The notes under the pieces were generated by a model, which was given only the letters and a program-made list of their open reading frames with translations, ran no database searches and was not told where the DNA came from. Positions 16,121-24,066 of a DNA stretch of 42,060 bases are shown here, one piece after another. The position numbers and the translations under genes are program-made. Where the stretch lies: the IMG/VR virus record IMGVR_UViG_3300009537_000052; one strand, 5' to 3'. The stretch's first letter is position 1; each line of letters begins with the position of its first letter. This DNA comes from a virus.

Positions 16121-16168
16121 GTCTGCGCCCCAGGCGACTTCAAAAAAAACGGCATCCGTCTGCGCCCC
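16121..16168. repeat. 11-bp direct repeat gtctgcgcccc (16121-16131 and 16158-16168) flanking an A8/T8 tract (16142-16149)
   Basis: Read directly from the sequence. It lies in the 80-bp gap between the HNH gene and the Myb-like gene. Confidence 0.85.
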
Positions 16169-16504
16169 CTAACCCCACACCTCGCTGGCTGTCTTCCGCG
16201 AGTGGCACGAGTGGCAGAGGCTTTGCAGGTTCTCGTGACGGTCCGACCCGCCAGCGCGACGCGGCTTGATGTGGTCGACGTCGGTAGCCGCGACGATCCG
16301 GCCAGCGGCGTGGCACTCGCGGCACAGCGGCTCCATTCGCAGGTGCCCCTTGGCGAGCCTGCTCCATCGCCGCCCGTAACCGCGGGCATGCGCCGAGTCT
16401 CGCTCCCTGTCCCGCTGCCTGGCGTGACGGCGGCAGCGCGATCCCCGGGCCGCCACGTCGGTGCAGCCCGGCGCCGAGCACAGCCGCGGCGGGAGGTCTG
16501 GCAC
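16169..16504 (-). CDS. HNH endonuclease (111 aa)
   Basis: An N-terminal Cys cluster, then VDHIKPRRAGGSDRHENLQSLCHSCHSRKT. It lies next to the terminase genes, as in HK97-like cos phages. Confidence 0.9.
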   Translation of the reverse strand: MPDLPPRLCSAPGCTDVAARGSRCRRHARQRDRERDSAHARGYGRRWSRLAKGHLRMEPLCRECHAAGRIVAATDVDHIKPRRAGGSDRHENLQSLCHSCHSRKTASEVWG

Positions 16505-16506
16505 CG

Positions 16507-16731
16507 TCAGCCCGCCCGCTTCCTTCGCCCGCGGCTGAACTCGTTGGCGGCCGAGCACGTCGCGAAGTGACTCACCATCGCGGCGCGGTTGCGCTCGCAG
16601 ACGGGATCTCCGGGGCCGAGCCCATCCACGTTGTAGACCGGGGGCCGCGGGTCGAGAGGGATCTTCTTCCCGTCCGGGTCGGTCGCCCACACGATGGACA
16701 GCCCACAGCCTCGGCACACCGATCGCTTCAC
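16507..16731 (-). CDS. Small zinc-finger-like phage protein (74 aa)
   Basis: The GTG at 16731 overlaps the RuvC stop (GTGA). [27 protein letters not shown]...[12 protein letters not shown]; the CxxC...HFxxC pattern is common in phages. Confidence 0.65.
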   Translation of the reverse strand: MKRSVCRGCGLSIVWATDPDGKKIPLDPRPPVYNVDGLGPGDPVCERNRAAMVSHFATCSAANEFSRGRRKRAG

Positions 16732-17252
16732 AGCTCCTCCTCCCTCGCCTTGCGCCGCGGCGCGATGGCGTTGTTGACCCGCGCCCACTCGGCGATCCAC
16801 AAGGCGTCGGCTACCGCCTGGTCCTTCACACGCGACAGCTCGACCCAGGGCCACCGCTCGCGTGCCGCGGACAGGATCGCCCGCTTCCGCGCCCCGCGTT
16901 CCTTCGGGCGCCCCTTGCCCCGCAAGGCCAGCGCCACCCACTGAGTGGGCGGCACCAGCACGGTCGGCAGGCCGAGCCCCATGCACACGCCCCGGGCGCA
17001 TCCCCAGGATGCGCCGAAGCTGAACGAGGCCGGTCGACCTTCCCCCGGCCGTGATCGCACCATCTCGATCGCCACCAGAAGGCGTGACACCCCGAGCGCG
17101 GCCGCGGGCTCCGCGAGAACCTCGACGAGCCGCGACGGGTCGCCCGTGTCGACGATTGCACCGCCCACGTGGGGGCCGTTGATCCAGGCCACCGCCCCAG
17201 TCTTCCCCGGGTCGACCCCCAGCACGCACGGCGCGTCCTCCCAGACCATCAC
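16728..17252 (-). CDS. RuvC-family Holliday junction resolvase
   Basis: [15 protein letters not shown] carries the first catalytic Asp motif. VAIEMV follows, and the C-terminal [14 protein letters not shown] is typical of RuvC-like resolvases. Confidence 0.82.
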   Translation of the reverse strand: MMVWEDAPCVLGVDPGKTGAVAWINGPHVGGAIVDTGDPSRLVEVLAEPAAALGVSRLLVAIEMVRSRPGEGRPASFSFGASWGCARGVCMGLGLPTVLVPPTQWVALALRGKGRPKERGARKRAILSAARERWPWVELSRVKDQAVADALWIAEWARVNNAIAPRRKAREEEL

Positions 17253-18523
17253 CCAGTCGCCTCCTGCCGCCGCTCGAGCTCCTGCAATGTCTCGCGCAGT
17301 CGCTCAACCTGCTCGGGGTCGGGGGGCCACCTCGCCCCCGAGCGTTTCCACCGCCCCCGCAGGTCCGAGGCGATCCACTCGCGGTCGCCCTCCTTCGCAG
17401 CCAGCCATCGCTCCGCGCTCTCCAGGAGCATCGAGAGCACGGTGTGGCGCACCGAGAGCTCCTCTCCCGGGCGCTGCCGGGTGGCGCGGTCCTCCTGCTC
17501 GCGCCATCGCGTCGCCGCCTCGAGGCGATCGCCCCACCGCAGCGGATCGCAGATCGTCACGACCTCGCTGGAGCGGTCGCGGCCCTCGGGCCAGCCCTCG
17601 GCGCGGAGGTCGCGAGCGAACTTCGGATCGGGGCTCGCCCTCGCCGCGGCCGCCACGAGCTGGACGTCCTCGACGAGCTCTTCGATCGGCGGGCGATCGA
17701 GCGCCTTCCACAGCTGGAGCACGCGGTTGGCATCGGCGCCGACCCGCCGCTGCAGGACGGGACGGCCGCGGATCGAATGCATGATCGTGAGCACGCCGGC
17801 GGCGCACCTCCACGGCGGATCGATGCCAGAGCCGTGCGACCACCGCGGAAGCGGGAGCGTCGGCTCTTGCGTGACCCAAGAGCGATCCTCTGGGACCTCT
17901 TCGGGTGCCGTGTGTGTGCTCAGGAGCGCCCGCGCCCCCGCAGCCGTGCCCGCGCCCGCGCTCACACACTCCGAGGTGGGTGTGGGTGTGGGTGTGGGTG
18001 TGGGGGAGGGAGAGGGTGCGGGAGGGCTCGCCGCGGCGGCGACGTGTCGACGACGTGGCGCCGACGTGGCGCCGACGTGGCGCGGGCCGCTGGGCGCCGG
18101 GGCGGCGACGTGTCGCCGCTTCAGCTCTCCGACCGGGTCGGCGGGGCAGGCGTGCGCGGCGTCCCGGATGTCCTCGTAGCCGACTTTCGCACCGCGGCGT
18201 TCCATCTCCTTGACCAGGCGGTCGAGGACGTACTTGGGCGCGTTGTCGTAGAGGTCGTGGATGACGAGCTGGCCGTCCTCGGCGCGATCGAGGAAGCCGG
18301 CCGCCTCCAGCTCCACCACGAGGGCCTCGGGCTCCCCCTCCCACCCGAGGTGGTACTCGAGCTCGATAGCGTCACCGACCACCGGGTCGCCCTCTGCGTA
18401 GGCGAGGTGCCACATCAGGGTGAGACCCCCGGCCGCGACCGGACGGCAGTTCTCGACGCCTCGACGCTTCAGGCCGGCGCACAGGCGCCGGAACTTTCTA
18501 TGCGAAAGCAGGGTCTCCCTCAC
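17249..18523 (-). CDS. Replisome-organiser / replication-initiator-like protein (424 aa)
   Basis: The N-terminus looks like a winged helix: FRRLCAGLK...[20 protein letters not shown]...[28 protein letters not shown] low-complexity centre ([10 protein letters not shown]) follows, and the C-terminal domain resembles phage replication C-terminal domains. SD AGGAGG lies before the GTG at 18523. Confidence 0.55.
   Translation of the reverse strand: MRETLLSHRKFRRLCAGLKRRGVENCRPVAAGGLTLMWHLAYAEGDPVVGDAIELEYHLGWEGEPEALVVELEAAGFLDRAEDGQLVIHDLYDNAPKYVLDRLVKEMERRGAKVGYEDIRDAAHACPADPVGELKRRHVAAPAPSGPRHVGATSAPRRRHVAAAASPPAPSPSPTPTPTPTPTSECVSAGAGTAAGARALLSTHTAPEEVPEDRSWVTQEPTLPLPRWSHGSGIDPPWRCAAGVLTIMHSIRGRPVLQRRVGADANRVLQLWKALDRPPIEELVEDVQLVAAAARASPDPKFARDLRAEGWPEGRDRSSEVVTICDPLRWGDRLEAATRWREQEDRATRQRPGEELSVRHTVLSMLLESAERWLAAKEGDREWIASDLRGRWKRSGARWPPDPEQVERLRETLQELERRQEATG
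17976..18005. repeat. Hexanucleotide microsatellite (gtgggt) x4 plus one imperfect copy; encodes (PT)5 on the minus strand
   Basis: Read directly from the sequence. Confidence 0.95.
18035..18116. repeat. Iteron-like array: cgacgtggcgc x3 perfect and contiguous (18051-18083), degenerate copies at 18040-18050 and 18106-18116, and a 15-bp direct repeat ggcggcgacgtgtcg at 18035 and 18101
   Basis: Read directly from the sequence. The period is 11 bp, which is not a multiple of 3, inside the linker of the putative initiator gene. Confidence 0.9.
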
Positions 18524-18600
18524 CCGCGCCTCCTGAGCTTCACGAGCCGCCGCACGTGGGCGAGGCCGCTCGGGGCTAGCGACCAGGTGCTAGCCATCCC

Positions 18601-18846
18601 TCACGGCTGAGCGTCGTCGCCGGTCAGCGCTGCGAGAGCGATGCTCACTCGCTCCTTGAGCGCCGCGAGCTCATCTCGGTCTCGCCCAGACCGGAGCCTG
18701 GCGGCCTGGAGCTCGGCCTCGAGGGCTGAAATGCGGTGGCGGAGCTCCTGCACGAGGGCGCCGTGATCGCTCTGCATCTGGGCGATCTGGGCCTCGAGCG
18801 CATCGAACTCCTCCTGTGTCACCTTCGGTCCTGCTGTTCTGGGCAT
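18601..18846 (-). CDS. Small coiled-coil protein (81 aa)
   Basis: The ATG at 18846 has GAGGAG 7 nt upstream. Heptad-like sequence: EEFDALEAQIAQMQSDHGALVQELRHRISALEAELQAARL. Confidence 0.6.
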   Translation of the reverse strand: MPRTAGPKVTQEEFDALEAQIAQMQSDHGALVQELRHRISALEAELQAARLRSGRDRDELAALKERVSIALAALTGDDAQP

Positions 18847-18870
18847 TGGAGTCTCCTCGGGTTGGGGGTC

Positions 18871-18920
18871 GCCCGGTGGGGGCGCACAGTAACCGCCAGA
18901 CTTTCTATCCCCCACCGGGC
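18871..18920. promoter_or_regulatory. 12-bp perfect inverted repeat gcccggtggggg / cccccaccgggc separated by 26 nt
   Basis: Read directly from the sequence. It lies in the 89-nt gap between the PKD-like gene and the coiled-coil gene. Confidence 0.8.
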
Positions 18921-18935
18921 TTCCCCCCGGTTCGG

Positions 18936-19394
18936 TCAGGGCACCGGCACCTGCGCCTGCGCACGGTCGCACTCGGAACGGTCACCGAACAGGTCGTCGG
19001 TGTTGTGGCATGCGGTCAGCACCACCTCGTAGATGACGCCATCGCAGTCGTTTGGGTTCGAGGAGGTGATCGGCTCCCCATCGTCGCGGCACTGCCAGCG
19101 GTAGAGGTGGCTGGGTGAGCGCTCCCGGAAGAGGCCAGTACCGTCTCCGAACGTCCATTCGAAGGCGTCGCCGCCGCTCGACTGGTTGACGAAGTCGACG
19201 CCGGTGTCACAGCTGCCCGCCCGGCAGTTGCTCGGTTGCTTGCTGAAGCTGAAGCCGGCAGCGATGCCTCCTGGCTCGGTCGGGCTGTCCCCGTCGAACC
19301 ACGAGCATCCCTGCACCACGAGCGTGATAGCGACGATCGCCGCGCCAGTCACGATCGCGAGCAGGTAACCCTTGAACGATTTGCGGATGTTCAT
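18936..19394 (-). CDS. Exported, possibly lipid-anchored, protein with a PKD-like domain (152 aa)
   Basis: The signal MNIRKSFKGYLLAIVTGAAIVAITLVVQGC ends in an imperfect lipobox. VDFVNQSSGGDAFEWTFGDGTGLFRERSPSHLY matches the PKD signature (WxFGDG...H.Y). The protein is Cys-rich. Confidence 0.72.
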   Translation of the reverse strand: MNIRKSFKGYLLAIVTGAAIVAITLVVQGCSWFDGDSPTEPGGIAAGFSFSKQPSNCRAGSCDTGVDFVNQSSGGDAFEWTFGDGTGLFRERSPSHLYRWQCRDDGEPITSSNPNDCDGVIYEVVLTACHNTDDLFGDRSECDRAQAQVPVP

Positions 19395-19735
19395 CAGTCG
19401 TTCTCCTTGAACTTGGTAGCGATGAGTTGGATTCGACGGTCAGCGCTCTCGTCGGCGTCCAGGAAGCCGCGCAGGGCAACCCGGTCGCCGACGCGCACAC
19501 CGAGGCAACGGGCCGCGATCTCCGGGTCACAAAGGATGTCGTAGGTGTCGCCCTCGGAGGCGACGAGCAGGAGCACCCACTCGCCGTTGGCGACGCGATC
19601 GCTGTTCGCGACCACCGCGCCCTTGAGGCTCCACTGGTTCTGCGTCTTGACGACGCGCCAGCCTGCCCACGCCGGCAGGGCGAGCGCCGACGCCAGGGCG
19701 AGGGCGGCGAGGGCTCTGATGCTTCTACCTCTCAT
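19394..19735 (-). CDS. Secreted small protein (113 aa)
   Basis: The ATG at 19735 has GGAAGGAG upstream. Signal MRGRSIRALAALALASALALPAWA|G. The mature part is beta-rich. Its stop overlaps the next ATG by 1 nt. Confidence 0.7.
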   Translation of the reverse strand: MRGRSIRALAALALASALALPAWAGWRVVKTQNQWSLKGAVVANSDRVANGEWVLLLVASEGDTYDILCDPEIAARCLGVRVGDRVALRGFLDADESADRRIQLIATKFKEND

Positions 19736-19754
19736 GCTGGTCTCCTTCCACCGT

Positions 19755-20255
19755 TCAGGCCTCTCCAGGCCCCACGATCGCGAGCAGCGCCACGGCGGCG
19801 CGCTCCGCCCCGTGGGCCAGGGCCTCGTGCTTCTCTCTCGCGCCGATCTCGACGACGCCGCGGCGGACCACCTCGTGGCCCCACCGCCGGTAGCCGAGGA
19901 GGACATCGAGGGCCCTCCTCACCTCGCCCGCAGCGGCCGCGGCATCGGGACCCTGGAGGACTACCAGGGGGCCACCGGGCTGCTCGTAGGCAGCTGCTGT
20001 CGAGCTCTCCATCTCGGTCCTCCTCTCGTCTGGGATCCCGTCAGCCGCGAGCTGGCGGATCCTCGGGCCAACCCACAGCGGGATCGAACCGCCCCGCTCC
20101 CAGGCCGACACCGTGGTGTCACTGACGCGTAGCCGGGAGGCGAGCTGCCGTTGAGAGAGCCCGCGCATCTGACGAAAGACCCGCAGGCCCTCGCCGTCCA
20201 CGCCGCCGAGACTCGTGTCGACGTCGGCGGCGAACAGCGGTAGCGCACCGCTCAC
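19755..20255 (-). CDS. XRE-family HTH regulator with a C-terminal domain of unknown function (166 aa)
   Basis: The GTG at 20255 overlaps the upstream stop (GTGA). LRVFRQMRGLSQRQLASRLRVSDTTVSAWERGGSIP is a canonical XRE HTH. Confidence 0.75.
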   Translation of the reverse strand: MSGALPLFAADVDTSLGGVDGEGLRVFRQMRGLSQRQLASRLRVSDTTVSAWERGGSIPLWVGPRIRQLAADGIPDERRTEMESSTAAAYEQPGGPLVVLQGPDAAAAAGEVRRALDVLLGYRRWGHEVVRRGVVEIGAREKHEALAHGAERAAVALLAIVGPGEA

Positions 20256-20773
20256 CGGCGCCTCCCCCGGAGATGCCGCCCGCGCGCGTCCTCGCCCGCG
20301 AGCTTCGCCGCAGCACGCTCGAGCGCCTGGCGGACCTCCTCGGTCCCGAAGTAGCTGCTCTTTCCACGCTGCTGCCAGAGGCGAATCGACGCCGGCGTCG
20401 TCCACCACGATCCGCTCCCGTTGTGCCACAGCTCCGGCCAGCGGATCCGCTGCACCGGGTCGCTCGACCGCGCGTCGCGCAGGATCGTCTTCGGGCTCCG
20501 CTGCAGCAGCCCGGCGAGGAGGTCGATGGGCACCAGGTCGAGCGCACAGGCCGACGTCTCGAGCAGCAGCCGACGCGTCGCCTTCACCTCGCCACGCAGC
20601 TCCCCCACCTGCTCGCTGAGCCTCTCGATCACCGCGAGGAGCCCGGGGACATCGAGAGAGCCGGGCCCGGGGCGAGGAGGGGCGCCCCGGGCCCCATCGC
20701 GGACTGCACCGCCGTCCCGGCGTGAGGAGCCGCACGGGCCGGCGATCGCGAAGGAGCTGGCGCTCTCGGCCAT
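20252..20773 (-). CDS. Hypothetical protein (up to 173 aa); coiled-coil segment followed by a possible DNA-binding C-terminus
   Basis: The protein-like part is LLAVIERLSEQVGELRGEVKATRRLL...LLQRSPKTILRDARSSDPVQRIRWPELWHNGSGSWWTTPASIRLWQQ. The N-terminal 40 aa are low complexity, so the start is uncertain. Confidence 0.55.
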   Translation of the reverse strand: MAESASSFAIAGPCGSSRRDGGAVRDGARGAPPRPGPGSLDVPGLLAVIERLSEQVGELRGEVKATRRLLLETSACALDLVPIDLLAGLLQRSPKTILRDARSSDPVQRIRWPELWHNGSGSWWTTPASIRLWQQRGKSSYFGTEEVRQALERAAAKLAGEDARGRHLRGRRR

Positions 20774-20778
20774 CAGCG

Positions 20779-21279
20779 TCAGCTCCGCTCCCTACTACTC
20801 TGATCACGGACATCCACGAGGCGTGCCTCCAGGCGATAGATGCGATTGCGAAGCTCGCGGGTCTCCCGGAGGATCGCCTCCACTTCGGCCGGCGTCACGC
20901 GGCCGTCGTCGAGAGCCACCTCGGCCTCGACGAGGACGCGCCCGGCGGCGCCGGCGACCGCTATCACGGCGTGCATCAAGCCCTCCTCGACACCACCGAC
21001 GTCCCCCGGGTCGATCACGACCAGGCCGAGCTGCTCGGCGACGAAGCACACGGGGCCGATTGCCTTCTGTCGGCCCTGCTGACACAGCAACGCCGCGCGC
21101 GTGAAGCGCAGCAGCTGGTAGGCCGGCCCCGGGCGCTCCGCCTGGGGCTCCCCCCACGCCTGCACCCGGCGCTCCGAGCACCCGAGCTCGGCGGCGATCT
21201 CCGGCGCGTGACCCCAGGTGGCCTCCTGGGTGACGAGCGCCGCCGCGCGGAGCAGCGATCTCGGGCCCCGGCCGCTCAC
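20779..21279 (-). CDS. Phage regulatory protein, CII/CP76-like (166 aa), tentative
   Basis: The GTG at 21279 overlaps the upstream stop (GTGA). HTH-like APEIAAELGCSERRVQAW. C-terminal ALDDGRVTPAEVEAILRETRELRNRIYRLEARL resembles the CP76-type layout. Confidence 0.45.
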   Translation of the reverse strand: MSGRGPRSLLRAAALVTQEATWGHAPEIAAELGCSERRVQAWGEPQAERPGPAYQLLRFTRAALLCQQGRQKAIGPVCFVAEQLGLVVIDPGDVGGVEEGLMHAVIAVAGAAGRVLVEAEVALDDGRVTPAEVEAILRETRELRNRIYRLEARLVDVRDQSSRERS

Positions 21280-21542
21280 GCCTCCCATCCCTCCCATCCC
21301 CCTGACGGCGGCATCGACCCGTGCCGCTCGAGCGCCAGGGCGATCAACATGGTGATCCGGGCACGGCGCCTCTCGCCGATCCCCTTGAGCTTGCCGAGCG
21401 TCCCCTCCTGCTCCATCCGCTCGACCCGCCACAGCGTCGTCGCCGGATCGAGACCGGCGGCGAGCAGCGCCGTCGAGATGTCACTCCACACGGGCCACGA
21501 GCGCAGCTCGAGGATCGTCGTCGATAGGGTGGGGGCGCTCAT
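21276..21542 (-). CDS. Small helix-hairpin-helix protein (88 aa)
   Basis: The ATG at 21542 overlaps the patatin stop (ATGA). LGKLKGIGERRRARI is an HhH motif. Confidence 0.6.
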   Translation of the reverse strand: MSAPTLSTTILELRSWPVWSDISTALLAAGLDPATTLWRVERMEQEGTLGKLKGIGERRRARITMLIALALERHGSMPPSGGWEGWEA

Positions 21543-22465
21543 GCCCCCTCGCTCCCGAGCCACCGGCGCAGAGCCGCCGCGCCGGCGACCTCGAGGGCCT
21601 CTGCGTGCTTCGCGACGGTCCGGAACGACGTCGCCTTGACGCCCGGCGGCGCGATGACGCGCACGATGCGCGGCCACAGCGCCCGAGGCACGTGCGATCG
21701 GTTGGCGGCCGCCACGGCGATCGAGACGAGACGCGCCGCGAGGTCCCAGGGCCAGCGGCCCGGCGGCTCACGGTCGGCCATCATCTCGAGCCGCGTGTCG
21801 ACACGCACGCCGAGGACCGTCTCGGGCGGTACGCGCCGGCGGTCGAAAACGTCGATCGGCATGTTCCAGGTCAGGCCACCGTCGACCAGGCGCAGGCCGC
21901 CGGCGACGACCACGGGCTCCCACCACAACGGGATCGCCATGGACGCGAGCACGGCCTCCCAGACCGGCGACCCGGAGAGCCCCATGGGGCCGAGGAGGAT
22001 GGGCCTACCTCGCGTCACGTCCGTCGCCGTGACGTGGAGCAGCCGCCCGCGCTCGGCGAGCTGCACGAACGTGACTTCGGGCGGGTAGCCCGAGCGTGCC
22101 CCCACCCGCGCGACCATCTCGCGCAGCCAGCGGCGAGGCTGCTCGAGGCTCCGGAAGCCGCACCGGCGCATCATCCGGATCGGCGAACGCCTCCCGGCCA
22201 GCTTCTCCCAGGGGGCGGCGGCGAGCTCGGCGTCGATCTCCGCCGCCGTCGCCCCAAGGGCCCCCAGCGCCGCGAGGATCGCACCGGCGCTCGTCCCCGA
22301 CCACTCGTTGACGCGCCCGAGCACACCCCAGGCGTCGAGCTGGCGCACGATGGGCACGTACGAGACCCCGAGCACGCCCCCGCCTTCGAACGCGAGGCGC
22401 GTCACATCGGCCACCTTCGCTGGTGCCCCCGGGCGCTCGCCGTTGCTGCGCGGATCGACCATCAC
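21539..22465 (-). CDS. Patatin-like phospholipase (308 aa)
   Basis: FEGGGVLG (oxyanion-hole GGGxxG), GTSAG (GxSxG nucleophile) and VDGG (catalytic Asp) occur in the canonical order. Confidence 0.9.
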   Translation of the reverse strand: MMVDPRSNGERPGAPAKVADVTRLAFEGGGVLGVSYVPIVRQLDAWGVLGRVNEWSGTSAGAILAALGALGATAAEIDAELAAAPWEKLAGRRSPIRMMRRCGFRSLEQPRRWLREMVARVGARSGYPPEVTFVQLAERGRLLHVTATDVTRGRPILLGPMGLSGSPVWEAVLASMAIPLWWEPVVVAGGLRLVDGGLTWNMPIDVFDRRRVPPETVLGVRVDTRLEMMADREPPGRWPWDLAARLVSIAVAAANRSHVPRALWPRIVRVIAPPGVKATSFRTVAKHAEALEVAGAAALRRWLGSEGA

Positions 22466-23205
22466 CGGAGCACCGCTAGGCCCTCGGTCACGCGGCCGGC
22501 GAGAAATCCAGCCACGTTGCTGATGGCCTCGAGCTCCCAGAGCCCGTCACACACCAAGTGCAGAGAGATGACGAACCCGCCCTCGCCCTTCTTCGCCCGC
22601 AGCAGGTACTGCGAGACCGGCTGCGTCACCTCGGGGAAGGTCCGGTAGGGAGCGAGCTGCCACGTCGGTGAGACCGTCTCGCGGGCCAGGCGAACGGTCC
22701 CGGCCTTCACCGCCATCTCCTGGCTGATCCCGTCGTCGGCCACCCTCACCTCGTCCTGCGTCGACACCCGCGCCAGGAGCTCGAGGAGCTCGGCGCGCTG
22801 CCCCGAATCGGAGCACGCCGTGCGCAGGTAGATCTGCGCCTCCTCGAGGCTCCACCACTGGCCGAACCGGTCGAGCTGGCGCGGCGGCGTCGCCTTCGCA
22901 CGCACGAGACACTCGCGCTTGCGCTCGCGCCGCTTCAGCGGGCCGAGCAACGACACGCTCGTCGGCGACTCCACCCACACCAGGTGACGCGACGGGTCTC
23001 CCTCGCCGCGCTCGTCGACCAAGGCATCGTCGATGTCCGCATCCAGGAAGCCGACGAAACCCTCGAGCGTCGAGAGGACGATGGGGTCCGCGAGGGGCTC
23101 CGCCGGCGGCAGGTAGGCGGGCAGCGTGCTGTACTCGATTCCGCCGAGAACGATCGGCTTCGCCTGCGTGAGCTCGCCGATGTACTCCATCGCTTCTCGG
23201 ATCAC
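22462..23205 (-). CDS. Conserved-looking phage protein of unknown function (247 aa)
   Basis: GTGA overlap at the start and ATGA overlap at the end. The C-terminal motif LAPYRTFPEVTQPVSQYLLRAKK reminds me of DUF2303/YfdQ-type prophage proteins (unverified). Confidence 0.65.
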   Translation of the reverse strand: MIREAMEYIGELTQAKPIVLGGIEYSTLPAYLPPAEPLADPIVLSTLEGFVGFLDADIDDALVDERGEGDPSRHLVWVESPTSVSLLGPLKRRERKRECLVRAKATPPRQLDRFGQWWSLEEAQIYLRTACSDSGQRAELLELLARVSTQDEVRVADDGISQEMAVKAGTVRLARETVSPTWQLAPYRTFPEVTQPVSQYLLRAKKGEGGFVISLHLVCDGLWELEAISNVAGFLAGRVTEGLAVLR

Positions 23206-23549
23206 GAGGCACCTCCGTTCGGCGTCGCCGCGGCGAAGAGGTCGACCTGCCGCGGGTCGTGCTCGTAGGCCACCAGGCGCCGCCCGGTGCCCATGCGCGA
23301 TAGAAACACCCGGCTCGTCGAGGCCACCGGGCCCGCGAGCTTCGTCGAGACCGTCGTCTCGACCTTCGCCGAGCTGCGGTCTCCGTCCGGCCGGAACGCG
23401 ACCTTGATCGTGATCGAGCGGACCTTCTCCGGCTCCGTATTGGGGTCGTCAATGTTGTCGACGACGCGCTGGAGCTCGTCGGCGAAGCGCTCGCGAAGCG
23501 CGCCGTGCGCGAACCCCTCGAGCGTCAGCTCTCCCTCTGCGATGTTCAT
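23202..23549 (-). CDS. Phage protein of unknown function (115 aa)
   Basis: The ATG at 23549 has GGGAGGAG upstream. MNIAEGELTLEGFAHGALRERFADELQRVVDNIDDPNTEPEKVRSITIKVAFRPDG. Confidence 0.65.
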   Translation of the reverse strand: MNIAEGELTLEGFAHGALRERFADELQRVVDNIDDPNTEPEKVRSITIKVAFRPDGDRSSAKVETTVSTKLAGPVASTSRVFLSRMGTGRRLVAYEHDPRQVDLFAAATPNGGAS

Positions 23550-23860
23550 CTCGCTCCTCCCTGCTGCTCCGGTAGGGCGCCGAGCAGCCCGCTGCAGCCC
23601 TTGCAGGTGCAGAGCCGTTCGGCGGCGTTCTCGACGATGGCGACGGACCCCGGCAGGACCTGGCGGTAGCACTCGACGCACCACCACCAGGAGCCAGGCG
23701 TGACCGGCGGGACGGCGTGGCGCGGGTGCCCGCGCGGCGCCGTCCCTTCCCCCTCAGCGGGGGCGTCAGACGGGGCACCATGCGACGGAGTCGGCGGCAC
23801 CGCCTCCTCCACCTCGCCCCTGTGGCATCGGTAGAACGGGATGAGCCCCGGGATCGTCAT
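23546..23860 (-). CDS. Small Cys-rich (zinc-ribbon-like) protein (104 aa)
   Basis: ATGA overlaps at both ends. Cys motifs: YRCH...WWWCVECY...LCTCKGC. Confidence 0.55.
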   Translation of the reverse strand: MTIPGLIPFYRCHRGEVEEAVPPTPSHGAPSDAPAEGEGTAPRGHPRHAVPPVTPGSWWWCVECYRQVLPGSVAIVENAAERLCTCKGCSGLLGALPEQQGGAR

Positions 23861-24066
23861 CGCGGATCGTCCTCCTGCATCGGGTCGCCCCAGCAGTCCC
23901 AGCAGAGGGTGAGCCCGCTCCGAACGTCGAGCACCTGCGCCGCGCCCGAGAGGGGAAGCGCTGCTCCACAGCCGTCGCACATCAGCCGCCCGTCCAGCAC
24001 CTCACCGAGGGCGTCGTCGAGCACCGCCGCAACCGCCTTCGGCTCGCCTGGGCGCCCCGGCTTCAT
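23857..24066 (-). CDS. Small zinc-ribbon protein (69 aa)
   Basis: ATGA overlaps at both ends. Cys motifs: CDGCG...CWDCW. Confidence 0.55.
   Translation of the reverse strand: MKPGRPGEPKAVAAVLDDALGEVLDGRLMCDGCGAALPLSGAAQVLDVRSGLTLCWDCWGDPMQEDDPR

Noticed and set aside
16142-16160. The T8 tract on the minus strand as a standard intrinsic terminator after the HNH gene
   Set aside because: The preceding stem is only ACGG/CCGT (4 bp, 3-nt loop), which is too weak. I report it as an unexplained AT tract or candidate cos region instead.
21539-22465. The patatin gene as the effector of a CBASS operon
   Set aside because: No CD-NTase-like cyclase or other CBASS accessory gene is recognisable in the neighbouring ORFs. 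The flanking genes are small phage-type proteins.
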